DNA from: the human T2T-CHM13v2.0 reference genome, Homo sapiens
NCBI RefSeq assembly: GCF_009914755.1
Contig: NC_060929.1
Direction: 5' to 3' (one strand)
DNA length: 64,000 nt
Shown: piece by piece, positions 17,083 through 37,277 of the stretch
How the letters are laid out: the number at the start of each line of letters is the position of its first letter
Numbering within the stretch: position 1 is the stretch's first letter
Made by a program: the position numbers and the translations under genes
Notes under the pieces: generated by a model
Seen by the model: only the letters and a program-made list of their open reading frames with translations
Database searches by the model: none
What the model was told of the DNA's origin: nothing

Positions 17083-17146
17083 CTTCTGAGGCATGTAGGG
17101 CCGCACAGACAGCCAAGGCCACGATGGCGAGTCCTCTCTGCTGCAT
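17083..17146 (-). CDS. CCL28: C-C motif chemokine 28, coding exon 1 (signal peptide); exons 2-3 lie left of the window
   Basis: MQQRGLAIVALAVCAALHASE is the CCL28 N-terminus; 64 nt ending at the phase-1 donor AAG|GTGAGT. Confidence 0.97.
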
Positions 17147-17350
17147 TCCTGCCTGCCCTACTGGCACTGACAGCAACACAAGTGAGGCTGTTCGATCAGG
17201 AAATGAGGCTAAAGGTGTCCTTGGGCACAGAGAAAGTGCAGAGGAAAAGTAAGCCAGGTGGCCCCGCCCTGGGAGGTGTTCAGGGTATCTATTTCTCATG
17301 TTTCTTTCCTTAAGACCAGGCTCCTCCTCGACTTATTAAGCTCCTAACTT
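17147..17350 (-). promoter_or_regulatory. CCL28: CCL28 5' UTR and proximal promoter
   Basis: Immediately upstream of the ATG; ETS-type CAGGAAAT at 17197-17204 and GC/KLF box GCCCCGCCC at 17261-17269. The exact TSS cannot be determined from sequence. Confidence 0.7.
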
Positions 17351-18611
17351 GTGTTCATCCTGCCTGGGGGTCAGGGGATGTCAATGGAGATCTGGCAGCT
17401 GGCAGGGTCACTGTGAGGTGGGGTGTGCATCAGAATCATTTGGGGAACATTAAAAAAAATCAATCTAAATGACTCTCCCCTTTCCCTGATTTGTAAACCA
17501 GAACTCCCAGGTAGGAGACCAGTCATTTGAATTTTGTAAAAGCTCTATAGGTGATTCTGATGGACACTTATGTTGAGACCCATTGCATAATCAGTTTTTA
17601 AGTAGCTTATGGAAACCATGAGTTTCTGGGGACAAGGGTGACAAGTCATAAAAAATGTATCTTTGTGGAAAGATATGGAAGTATTAAACCCCACTTTAGT
17701 CTTGGTTCACAGCCAAATTGTTTCCAGTGAAGCTTTTTACAATAGCTTATTTAGGAGAAAGACAGGAAGGGGGGCAATGCCTTGTAGAAAAGAGCCCAAG
17801 AGCAGGTGTGAAGAGGCATGAGCGCTAGTGCAGCTTTGCTGCCAATCAGCTTTGTGAATAAAAGCATGGGGTAGCATGAAGATAATTGGATTCTAATTGT
17901 TCCTCATCTACTAATAAGTTGTATAACCTCAGGCAACGTACTTAACTTTGCTGTAAATAACAAGTCAGACTAGATGACCTCCAAAGTCATGCCATGCTTC
18001 CTCTAGAACTGTGTTGTCCTATGTGGTAGCCGCTAGCCCACATGTGGCTCTTGAGCACTTGAAATATGAGTAGTCCAAACTCAGATGTACTATGGGTATA
18101 AAATTCACACTGGATTTCAAAGACTGGGTACAGAAAAAAATATAAAATATCTTGTTAATAATGTTTATACTGTTTATTGATTACATGATAGTATTTTGGA
18201 CTTTTTGGGTTAAATAAAATATATTATTAAAATTAATTTCACCCATTTCTTTTTATGTTTTCAAATTACTGCTGTGGTTTGAATATTTTTTTCTTCTCCA
18301 AAGCTCATGTTGAAAATTAATCCCTAATAGTGCTGGGAGATAGGGCCTAATGGACAATGTTTAGGTTATGATGGCTCCACCCTCATGAATGGATGAATGC
18401 TACTATAAAAAGGGCTTGTGGGAATGGGTTGGTACCTTCTGCTCTTCTGCCAGGTGAGTACACAATGCTCCTTCTCTCCAAAAGATGCAGCAAAGTGGCA
18501 TCATCTTGGAAATAGAAACTGAAATCACTGGAGCCTTGATCTTGGACTTCCCAGCCTCCATAATTGTAAGAGAATACATTTCTGTTATTTATAAATTGCT
18601 CAGTCTCGGGT

Positions 18612-20870
18612 TGTGGTGTTATGATATATATATTGGCTTTTATCCATGGTTCCTGGCTTATAACTCCCATAACCCTTGTTACAGTTTTTTTTTGTTGTTT
18701 GTTTGTTTGTTTTTTTTTTGAGACAGAGTCTCGCTTTGTTGCCCAGGCTGGAGTGAGTTTCACCATCTTGGCAAGATGCTGGTCTTGAACTCCTGACCTT
18801 GTGATCCACCCGCCTTGGCCTCCCAAAGTGCTGGGATTACAGACATGAGCCACTGTGCCCAGCCCAGTCTTTTTTTTATATTATAATGTTGGGGCACTTT
18901 AGGCTTCAGGAACAGGCCTCAGGAAACGGAATCTCTCTCTGACCTTCTGTTTTTCTTTCACCTGCCCAAGGCAGGACTCTAATCTGATTGTGGGTCATAA
19001 GATCCTCATTCCAGAAAGGGTTCTGTCCCATACTCTAGAGGAAGGAATGCTACACAGGCCAAGAAAAGCCTGAACAGGCAGGACTTGCTGGGTTTAGATT
19101 ATGTGCTTTTTGTCTAATCACATTTCTACATGGTTGTTAATCATGCCTATGTAATGAAGCCTTTGTAAAACCCCAAAAGGGCAGAGTTTGGAGAGCTTCT
19201 GGATAGCTGAACATGTGGAGGTTCTTAGAGGGTGGCGTGCCCAGGGAAGGCATGGAAGCTCTGCATCCCTTCCCCCATACCTTGGCCTCAAGCGATCCTC
19301 CTGCCTTGGCCTCCCAAAGTGCTGGGATTACGGGCATGAGCCACTATGTCTGGCCTTCATCTGTATCTTCTGTACTGTCTCTTATAATAAACCGTTAAAT
19401 GTAAGTATTTCCCTGAGTTCTGTGAGCCACTCCAGTGTTGCAGGAAGTCAGGAACCCCGAATGGAGGGACCAACCGGCTGAAGCCATGGCAGAAGAACAT
19501 AAATTGTGAAGATTTCATGGACATTTATTAGTTCCCCAAATTAATACTTTTATAATTTCTTACGCCTGTCTTTACTGCAATCTCTGAACATAAATTGTGA
19601 AGATTTCATGGACCCTTATCACTTCCCCAATCAATATCCTTGTGATTTCCTATGCCTGTCTTTAATCTCTTAATCCCATCATCTTCATAAGCTGAGGAGG
19701 ATATATGTCACCTCAGGACCCTGTGATGATTGCGTTAACTGCACAAATTGTTTGTAGAGTATGTGTGTTTGAACGATATGAAATCTGGGCACCTGGAAAA
19801 AAGAACAGGATAACAGCAATGTTCAGGGAACAAGAGAGATAACCTTAAACTCTGACTGCCGGTGAGCCGGGCGGAACAGAGCCATATTTCTCTTCTTTCA
19901 AAAGCAAATGGGAGAAATATCGCTGAATTATTTTTCTCAGCAAGGAACATCCCTGAGAAAGAGAATGTGTCAGTGAGGGTAGGCCTCTGAAATGGCCACT
20001 TCAGGGGGTGGCCATCTTTTATGGTCGAAGCTGTAGGGATGAAATAAGCCCCAGTCTCCCATAGTGCTCCCAGGCTTATTAGGATGAGGAAATTCCTGCC
20101 TAATAAATTTTGGTCAGACTGGTTGTCTGCTCTCAAACCCTGTCTCCTGATAAGATGCTATCAATGACAATGCATGCCCAAAACTTCATTAGCAATTTTA
20201 ATTTTGCCCCGGTCCTGTGATCCTGTGATCTTGCCCTGCCTCCATTTGTCTTGTGATATTCTATTACCTTATGAAGCACGTGATCTCTGTGACCAACACC
20301 CTATTCATACACTCCCTCCCCTTTTGAAAATCACCAATAAAAACTTGCTGGTTTTACGGCTCAGGGGGCATCACAGAACCTGCCAACATGTGATGTCTCC
20401 CCTGGACACCCAGCTTCAAAATTTCTCTCTTTTGTACTCTGTCCCTTTATTTCTCAGACTGGCCAACACTTAGGGAATATAGAAAAGAACCTACGTGAAA
20501 TATTGGGGGTGAATTTCGCCCGATATCTGGCTGAATTTCCCCCATACTCCAGCCAATTAATCAAACCCATAGAGAGGTTGTGGGAACCCCAACTTGGAGC
20601 CAGCTGTTCAGAAGTTCTGGAGGTCTGGACTTGTGACTGGTGGGAAGTAGGGGGTGATCTCATGGGACTGAGCCCTCAACCTCTGGTTCTGGCACTATCT
20701 CTTGGTAGATAGTGTCAGAACTGAATTGGAGGACACCTAGCTGGTGTCCGCTGCTTGGTGTATGCACCAATTTACCCCCTACATATTTGGTTATAGAAGT
20801 CTTCTGTGTTGATGATTTTTGTGGTATGAGAGCAGAGGAAAAACAGTTCGAGAGTTTTTTTCCTCAAACA
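18612..20870 (+). mobile_element. MER21A-like LTR containing two Alu pieces (~18684-18865, ~19263-19355) and MER11
   Basis: TGTGGTGTTATGATATATATATTGG...GGTTCCTGGCTTATAACTCCCATAACCCTTGTTACAG start; ends TCCTCAAACA. Confidence 0.75.
19436..20546 (+). mobile_element. MER11 solo LTR (HERV-K11/HML-8)
   Basis: TGTTGCAGGAAGTCAGGAACCCCGAATGGAGGGACC start; internal AACATAAATTGTGAAGATTTCATGGAC repeats; exact 6-bp TSD CTCCAG at 19430-19435 and 20547-20552. Confidence 0.92.
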
Positions 20871-21318
20871 GAGATATTCTGTTATAGCAGCATAAAACAG
20901 ACTAAAACAATTACATATGTAATTGAAACCCAGAATATTTCAAATCACATGGGTAGATCACATATTTGCATTGGGTGTTGCTGCTTTTGAAGATCAAGAG
21001 CAGGTGTCCAAATTTACCCCAGCTATCAAGTTACATTTAACCAAGCTCCAATTCACTATCAAGAACCAGAGTTATAATAAGGAATGGGAGCTTTGGAGAG
21101 CAACAGACTTGCAAAGATAGTGACCTCTTGAATGAGAAGACCCACAGCAGCATTCCAGCCTTTCCACTAAGCAAAGGGACCTTACCACAGGTCTTGATAA
21201 AGGAGGACAGAGAACCAACCTGTGGAGGTGACAAAGACCTGTGAAATTACACACACCAGCCATAACCACAGGAGCCCCTCTGGACCAAAGCCGTGTGCTC
21301 TGAAGATAAGAGTCAGGA

Positions 21319-21569
21319 GGCTGGGTGTGGTGACTCATATCTGTAATCCCAACACTATGGGAGACCAAGGTGGAAGGATTGCTTGAGCCCAGGAGTTTGA
21401 GACCAGCTTGACCAACATAGCAACACCTCAGCTATACTAAAAATTTTTTTAAAAATTAGCCAGGCACTGGCATGCGCCTGTAGTCTCAGTTACTTGAGAG
21501 GCTGAGGTGGGAGGATCTCTTGAGCACAGGAGGTTGAGGCTATAGTGAGCTATGATCATGCCACTGTAT
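21319..21569 (+). mobile_element. AluJ, 3'-truncated
   Basis: GGATTGCTTGAGCCCAGGAGTTTGAGACC and GGCTATAGTGAGCTATGATCATGCC; no A tail. Confidence 0.85.
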
Positions 21570-22710
21570 AACACAGTTATTAGGGCACTGACAAGAAAGG
21601 CTGGACTGAATTTGAATGAGCCTGCAATTAGGCCCCCTGTATTCACTCGTGTACTTTTATTTGCTTTTGTATTTGACAAGACAGCTTCTCTTTCACTGTG
21701 TGCATATTTCTTCTGCTAGGAAATGTCACCTTGCCCCTGCCAGCAGGAAGACATAGGGACAGAATCCAGGGACTTGGAAAACAAAGGGACTCCTCCTTGG
21801 GTTGTTAGCACTCTCCCTTTCATCCACACTTTCCTGGGGGCACTGGAACAGGTTCGTGGGTTGGGTAGTGGTTACTAGAAGACAGCTGCTATAACATGTA
21901 GAACCAAAACTATTGAAGCACTCATGAAATTACCACCACTGGAATTACAGCCTTATGGGAGGGTATTATGTTACCCTGGTGCTAAAAAGCAAGCCTGACA
22001 TCTGCCAACAGGAACCTGTAAACCACTAAAAACCCTATGCCATGTCATTTTTTTTTACTAAGTTTTTGTACTAAGACATGAATAAGAGGAACGCTGGGCA
22101 CATCAGTTTTGTTTGGAGTGAGAGAAAAACTGAACCATGGGATTTTTGTCTGCAGAGAACACAGGACAGTTTATGATTATGGGGCATGTGTGTCTGTGTT
22201 TGAGAGGGATGCTAACTAGGCAGAAATGGACCACCGATAAACTAGGAAGGAGCCCCAAAGGGGTGGATTCAGATGAATAACTTTGATTACCTAAGTATTT
22301 TTCTCTGTGCACAGGGACTCTGCAAAAGAAAATGAGGAGACAGAAATGTGTGCCGTTAGGGCCCAGAGGATAGTTGAGCCATAGAATGAAACAGTTGAGG
22401 ACCTAAAACTATGTCTGGTTTTGTGTTTTCCATTTATGAAATGGTCCTGGCTAAGAATATCTAGATGTAACCTTCCAGGAAAAAAACAAAAAAAATTACC
22501 AGGAAGAACCACATAGTTTTTACTTTAAAAAGAAGTAAATTGTAAATCTCAAATGATCATAAAAATACCTGCTGCCATCTCTGCACTGGGCAAAATGACC
22601 TGCTTGGATTAGAAGGATGATTTCCAAACAGTAACTTTCGCAAAATAAAATTAAGCCACTGAAGCTTTCTTGAATATTTGTCTTGGAAAATTAGTATATG
22701 GATGGAATAT

Positions 22711-23140
<430 letters not shown>

Positions 23141-23439
23141 TAACTTGCATAATACTTGAGTTCTGATTTGTAGTTAATAGATCTGCTAAAGTAGGGCAGA
23201 GCCAAACAGAAGTCTCATATTAAAAATTGGGCTCCAGATACTTTATGACAGGCTGCTGAGTTACAAATTTTAAAAATAGTATGTTCTCTTTTGATTACAA
23301 AATTATACTAGGGCCATTGTAGAAAATTTGGAACATGTAAAAAAGTATAAAGGAGTAAACATTTTAAATATAAAAAAATAGCTTTCTTAATCTATTGGCA
23401 TATATTCTTCCAGTCTTCTTTTTGTATGTATCTAGTAAT

Positions 23440-24374
<935 letters not shown>

Positions 24375-24571
24375 TGAATTTTTTCGACTATTATAAATAA
24401 CTTCTGCAATGAATCACATTCAAACCTTTATACTTATTCTTTAGAATGCATTAAAAAAAATTTTTTGAAAAGCAGAATTGCAAAGTAAAAAGGAATCCTT
24501 ATTTGAAAGGCTTTTGATACACATTCATGCTGTTAAGCTGAAACATTTACCCAATTTTAATTTTTTCTCGG

Positions 24572-24699
24572 CAACACTTTCCACATCTTCCCAGCATCTT
24601 GCAATGATGGCTCTTATTATATAAAGCCTATCACATGCATTACAATGGCTCTGGAGAGCATATGACAGGGCTCTTTCATCCTCAGGAAGACATTGTCAG
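24572..24699 (+). pseudogene. Fossil exon F8 (acceptor mutated; phase-2 donor)
   Basis: Pyrimidine tract TTTTTTCTCGG, then QHFPHLPSILQ*WLLLYKAYHMHYNGSGEHMTGLFHPQEDIV; donor CAG|GTATGG. Confidence 0.5.
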
Positions 24700-25926
24700 G
24701 TATGGTTTTTCCCAAGTCAGGATTTAAGGACTTTTTTGGACAGAGGTTTCAAAGCCCTCAGTGCACCTTCTGTAAATAGGAAAAGGTATCCCTCTCTGGG
24801 TGGACAAAGCCTCCAGACCCACAGCTTCACAAGCAGAAGGTGCTTGCAGAAACAAAAGTCCCCTTTCCTCTATCAAAAAAAAAAAAAAGATGGGGAGTGG
24901 ATACTTCTTTGGGTGGTTGCAAATGGGACGTATAACTTGGCAAGCAAAGCCCATCCTGCATATCCGCCCCACTCCTCCTTCCTCAGCAGGTAGCTTTCTG
25001 CAGTGCAAACTGCACAACCAACTGCAGCCCTGACCTTTCTGTTTTTTCTTGAGACTCTGATCTTGTTGCCTTTGCCTGGACAACCTTCACAGCCTTTCCC
25101 ATACTATCTAGGAAACTCTTCCTCATTCTTTAAGGCACAGCTCCAGTGACACTCTGTGCATCTCTCTGCTGCCCATCCATGTTTCCCCATGCTCCGGTGG
25201 GTGACCCTCTGCTCTCACAACCTTCTAGGCTGGGCCTTGAGAGCAGGAAACCCCTCCCATTAGCTTTGGCTCCTCTAGTGCGGCTCAGGCCCAACACACA
25301 GAAGGTGCTATATTCCCGTTACTGAAAGGAATGCCTGTTGACTCACTGTTACTGTATTACGCCTTAGGTTTAGAAACTTTTGTTCTGACTAAAAATATAC
25401 ATGTTCTTTGTAAAATATATATATGAATATATAATTAGGTTTTACACTATATTATTTTTTGAAAATACAAAAATAGTCTATAACCAGATACCCAATTCAT
25501 ATTATAAACCATCATATAATCATTTACATATAATAATTTATAACCAACAATCCAATCAAATGTTAAATAACTCTTTTTTAACATTAGGATGTACATCGTT
25601 TCATATTTTAAAAATTTGTTTGTAAGTGTATTTTATTTTTACAAAAATAGAGTCAGGTAACACTTCCTGTTTTGTGACTTTTTTCAGTTAATAAATCAGG
25701 AATCATCACCCATAGCTATATCTATATATTTGTATAGTTTTTTTCTTTCAGTGGTTTGACAGTATTCAATCACATGGTTTTGTCATAGTTTATTTACTTG
25801 ATTCTCCCAGTTGCTGGATATTTAGGTAGTTTGATTTTGTCTCTTTCCTGACGATTATCATTATTGTGGAAATGCTATGATACTCGTTCATATACCTTTT
25901 GTTCATCCATTTCAATATTTTCTTAA

Positions 25927-26549
<623 letters not shown>

Positions 26550-26904
26550 AAATAAATTCTTAGAAGTGAAAATTGTCAAAGGGTACGCCCATTTAAATCA
26601 CTTTTTCATATATAGTGCCAAATTATCTCACAGTATGGAAAATATCTCTGTACACGCCTCTCTCCTCCAATAGTGTGGGCTCAGTGAAGGCAGGATCTCC
26701 AGTGCCTCGCTCAGTGCTTGGCAAATGGTAGATGACTAGTGTTCACTGAATGAATAATGAGTTGGATAACTTAAATGAGAAGGCCTTCATTACATAAGCA
26801 AAACCTTGCCAGTGTGGTCACAGAAGTCTACAATTGGTACTCTTGGCCTTTTCTGAATATCTATAGCCTAATTGGCAATAATATTTTAAATTTTCATTTC
26901 TCAG

Positions 26905-27105
26905 AAGAGATTGTTTTATATACCACAGTGAAAATAATAAATTACTCTGGGAGGATAATTAGTTGTAAAAATATATCACCAGAAGATTTATAGTTTTGAA
27001 ACAAGGACCAAGGGCAGTGAGAGAGAGAGAGAGAGAATTTCAGAAATCTGTATTTAGAAACAAGATGGAACATTTTCCAGCTGAGATAGCTTTTAGGACA
27101 GCCAG
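26905..27105 (+). pseudogene. Fossil exon F9 (201 nt, phase 2 to 2)
   Basis: Acceptor TTTTCATTTCTCAG|; reads RDCFIYHSENNKLLWEDN*L*KYITRRFIVLKQGPRAVREREREFQKSVFRNKMEHFPAEIAFRTA; donor CAG|GTTTGA. Confidence 0.55.
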
Positions 27106-27579
27106 GTTTGATTCCTTTCAGTGCTGTGGTTTCATAGCTTTCACTCTGTAATTAAATGTGTGATGAGGTATGCCAAAGTAAACAGAGAGGAAAGAATGCA
27201 GGACTAGTCATTAGGAACAAAGTTTGAACCTGGGGCCAACGGAGGGAATTTCCCTTGCACTGACTTTCTTATTCCTGGTTAACGCTATAGTTTCCTTTCT
27301 GGCTTAAATTTATAACTTTTTCTTTTTTTTTTAGCTTTATGCTTTCCAGATATATGAATACAAATTCATTCCCATATCACCATCATCAGCTTTATTATAT
27401 GCTAAAGCATAGAAGTTAGGTGACTTGCCTAAGGTCAGTCAATAATTTGGGAACCATAGAGCAGAATGGCACCTCGTGCTAATAGGAATAAAAACACCCT
27501 CAGGGAGATCAGAAAAAGGAGAGCAGTGAGGGATGATTAATGTTTCTAGATGTTAAAATATATTATAAATTTACTGTAA

Positions 27580-29730
<2,151 letters not shown>

Positions 29731-29739
29731 TTTACTACT

Positions 29740-31340
<1,601 letters not shown>

Positions 31341-31540
31341 AAAAGGTTGATTAATTTATTCCCCTCTCTCACAGCTAGCCTGTAACCAAACCATTCCAAT
31401 AATTTATCTATCCTTTTCTTTAAAAGCATCAAGAAAAAGATGCCACAACCTTAAGTAATAAAACATCAAAGTATTGTCCATTTTTCTTTTTCTTGTTTTA
31501 GTATTCCTAAAGCACTTTTCCCCTTCTGCTTCCTTTAGGG

Positions 31541-31869
31541 CAGTGGTCCCCAACCTTTTTGGCACCAAGGACCGATTTCATAGAAGACAATTTTTTCCAT
31601 GGACGGGATGGTTCCAGGATGAAACTATTCCACCTCAGATCATCAGGCATTAGATTCTCATAAGGAGGGTGCAGCCTAGATCCCTAGCATGTGCAGTTCA
31701 CAATAGAGTTCAAGCTCCTATGAGAACCTAATGCTGCCGCTGATCTGACGGGAGGCAGAGCTCAGGCTATAATACTTACTTGTCTGCCACTCACCTCTTG
31801 CTGTGCAACCAGGTTCCTAACAGGCCATGGAATGGTACTGGTCCATGGCCTTAGAGTTGGGGACCCCTG
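31541..31869. mobile_element. MER1B (hAT-Charlie)
   Basis: TIRs CAGTGGTCCCCAAC / GTTGGGGACCCCTG; 8-bp TSD CTTTAGGG / CTTTAGAG. Confidence 0.9.
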
Positions 31870-32520
31870 CTTTAGAGTGAAGAACAAGTGAAATTTTAAG
31901 CTTAGGTATTGGTCACTGACTTTGATGATTGTTTTCCTTCTTTGGGCTGACACTATAAGGCTCTTCAGGGAAGAATTCTGAGTTAGAAATGTCTAGGACA
32001 CCTCAGCTCATCTTCTTAAAAAAAAAAAAAGGGAGGAAGGATGAAATAGATACAGCCATTCAGTCATTCATTCATTTAACAAAAATGTGTTGAGTCCCCA
32101 CCTTGTGCTGAGCACAGCCCTAGGGAATGTATCCATTCTAGAGATGGAGACAACGTCTGTATCCTAGAGATGGAGACAATGTGTCTGCTCTCAAGGTGAT
32201 TTTCTTTCATGGGGAAAGTCAAACACAACCACTCTTACAGGTCTTCAGCTGGGTCTTCGTCTTGTCTAGGATTGACTAGACAAGCCTTGTAATTAGAACA
32301 CGTGTGGACATGCACCACTTATTATCAGTTAGTGTAGTAGGCTCAGTCAAGGCAAACACCATCTTAGTATAGTAGCCCCAGGATATTATTAGTTAATACA
32401 AAACCAGTTCAAAGATACGTTAGTGAAAGGGACCAATTAGTCCCTCTCAGCAGTCCAGTTGACTGCTGGAGTTCTCAAAACTAATGTAAGCATTCAATAT
32501 TAATTATTAAAATTAACAAT

Positions 32521-33082
<562 letters not shown>

Positions 33083-33125
33083 TCATCCATCAATTTTCCT
33101 GATATTTCCTTGTTTTTTTTCTAAG

Positions 33126-33439
33126 TGAACATGTACTGTTTGAGTCATTCTTTCTTTGGGAGAACATCTTCACCTGCCTGGGCCTCCTGCAGGGCCTGCT
33201 GCCTGGGCCATCAGAGGGCCTCTCCATGTGGACATCATTTCCAATCTCTCCCCACTGCTACTACCTCCCTGCAGCCTCCTCCCCATAGCTGACCTGGCTT
33301 CAGTGTTCCTTCACCCCAGGCTCTGGCATCCCTCTGTGGAAATAATCAAGTGTTAATCCTTATCAGTGTCATCTGGGGATATGCAGAATTTGCATCCTGG
33401 TCCCTTCCTCTCTGCCAAGTTATTGTTACTCAGCAAAAG
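33126..33439 (+). pseudogene. Fossil exon F10 (reading frame ambiguous)
   Basis: Strong acceptor TTTCCTTGTTTTTTTCTAAG| and consensus donor AAG|GTAAGG. Phase-2 start EHVLFESFFLWENIFTCLGLLQG; probably contains an internal frameshift. Confidence 0.5.
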
Positions 33440-33598
33440 GTAAGGGTGAGGGAAACACTGTGAAGTTCTTCCCTTCTGGGCTATGGTTGGTTCAGCATCC
33501 CCAAATTAATTTTCTTTTGAACTCCCAGTGAGGTGAGAAAGTCCTATCCCTTTCACTAACGTATCTTCGAACTGATTTCTTATTAACTAATATCCTAG

Positions 33599-33715
33599 GG
33601 CTACTATACTAAGATGGCGTTTGCCTTGACTGAGCATACTACACTAACTGATAATAAGTGGTGCATGTCCACACATGTTCTAATTACAAGGCTTCTTTCC
33701 TGGCCTTTGTGGTGG
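33599..33715 (+). pseudogene. Fossil exon F11 (3' boundary uncertain)
   Basis: Branch-point consensus CACTAAC at 33554-33560 and acceptor CCTAG|; phase-0 frame open: GYYTKMAFALTEHTTLTDNKWCMSTHVLITRLLSWPLW. Confidence 0.35.
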
Positions 33716-34155
33716 TGGTGTGGGGCGGGGGCAGGGGTGGGGGGATGAAGTAGCTGAATAAGAAAAGGACAGGAAAAGCATTTAGCTCTTGCCACCACAT
33801 TAATGTGATAACCACACAACAGAAGGATGCAGAAGAATGTACTCAAGTGGGAGCCGTAGCTCCGTCTTGGAGTCAGATTGAGAAGGTCTAAGATATTCTA
33901 CAGAACAGGACACACTTGAGGAACTCTCTCTTAAGTAACGGCTACCCAGATATTTAAGTGGTGGAGGAAGAGCTTCTCGGAGAACAGCATGTGCATAGGG
34001 AGCCAGACCATGTTCAGTTCTAGGCACTGCAAACAGTCCAGCGCTCTGCGCAGAAGCTGGACTTGATCCAAAAAGGCTACAATCCAGGGGGCAGGGAATG
34101 TGTCTGGTTTGCTTAAGGTAGGGGTGACTTTTGTTTACATATTATTTTTAGTGGG

Positions 34156-35607
<1,452 letters not shown>

Positions 35608-36060
35608 CTGATAAGACTTTTATGAATTAAAATTTTTTTCATGGAGAATAGAGAAAGGGTTTTTCTAAAGATGCAGTAGTTCTACATGGAGAAAATAAAG
35701 GAAAAATACAACCAAAAGTGTTGATATTGAGGGAGAAAAACATATCCCAAGAATGAACTTAACTGACAAGGCAAGTTGCAGGCCATTTCCCCAGAATTTG
35801 AGGAGCCCCAGCATTACTTGGACAAAGAGCTGGAGAGTATAAAAAAATAGAGCAGGAAGGAATCTTGGGAAGCATCTGGCCTATCCCTCGTTGGCTCAGA
35901 ACAGATGAGTGACTTCTCCAAAGACACCAGGAACACAGCGATGTCCAGGTCATAGTGACTTTAGAAAGTGGTTTCAGGAGTACGGGAGGTGGCCCACCAG
36001 CTTGTATTAAACAAACAAAACCACTAACAAACTACAACAACTGAAAATACTGAAGCAATC

Positions 36061-37162
<1,102 letters not shown>

Positions 37163-37277
37163 CAGCAAAAGAAAAGTAATACTGGATACACAGACAGAAA
37201 CTCATACCCTATAACCCCTAAGCAGTCCAAGTAGGCAGAATTCCCCACTTCCTTACTTCCTTTCCACCCTTTTGTAG

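Larger units (their letters stand above)
18270..20909 (+). mobile_element. MST-type MaLR LTR, split by MER21A
   Basis: TGCTGTGGTTTGAAT start and TGTTATAGCAGCATAAAACAGACTAAAACA end; 5-bp TSD ATTAC at 18265-18269 and 20910-20914. Confidence 0.85.
18009..20983 (-). mobile_element. MER33 (hAT-Charlie), split by nested LTRs (parts 18009-18269 and 20910-20983)
   Basis: GGTAGCCGCTAGCCCACATGTGGCTCTTGAGCACTTGAAAT...; degenerate 8-bp TSD CTCTAGAA / CTTTTGAA. Confidence 0.75.

Noticed and set aside
16955-17299. 114-aa ORF as the CCL28 protein
   Set aside because: Only MQQR...ASE is coding; the rest is 5' UTR/promoter and intron read-through past the GTGAGT donor.
19490-19670. Direct repeats with spacers resembling a CRISPR-like array
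   Set aside because: Internal tandem repeats normal for MER11 LTRs; eukaryotic context and only two units.
33547-33694. H/ACA snoRNA-like reading (ATACTA H box, ACA near the 3' end)
   Set aside because: No convincing two-hairpin structure and no resemblance to a snoRNA I know; an Rfam/Infernal search would settle it.
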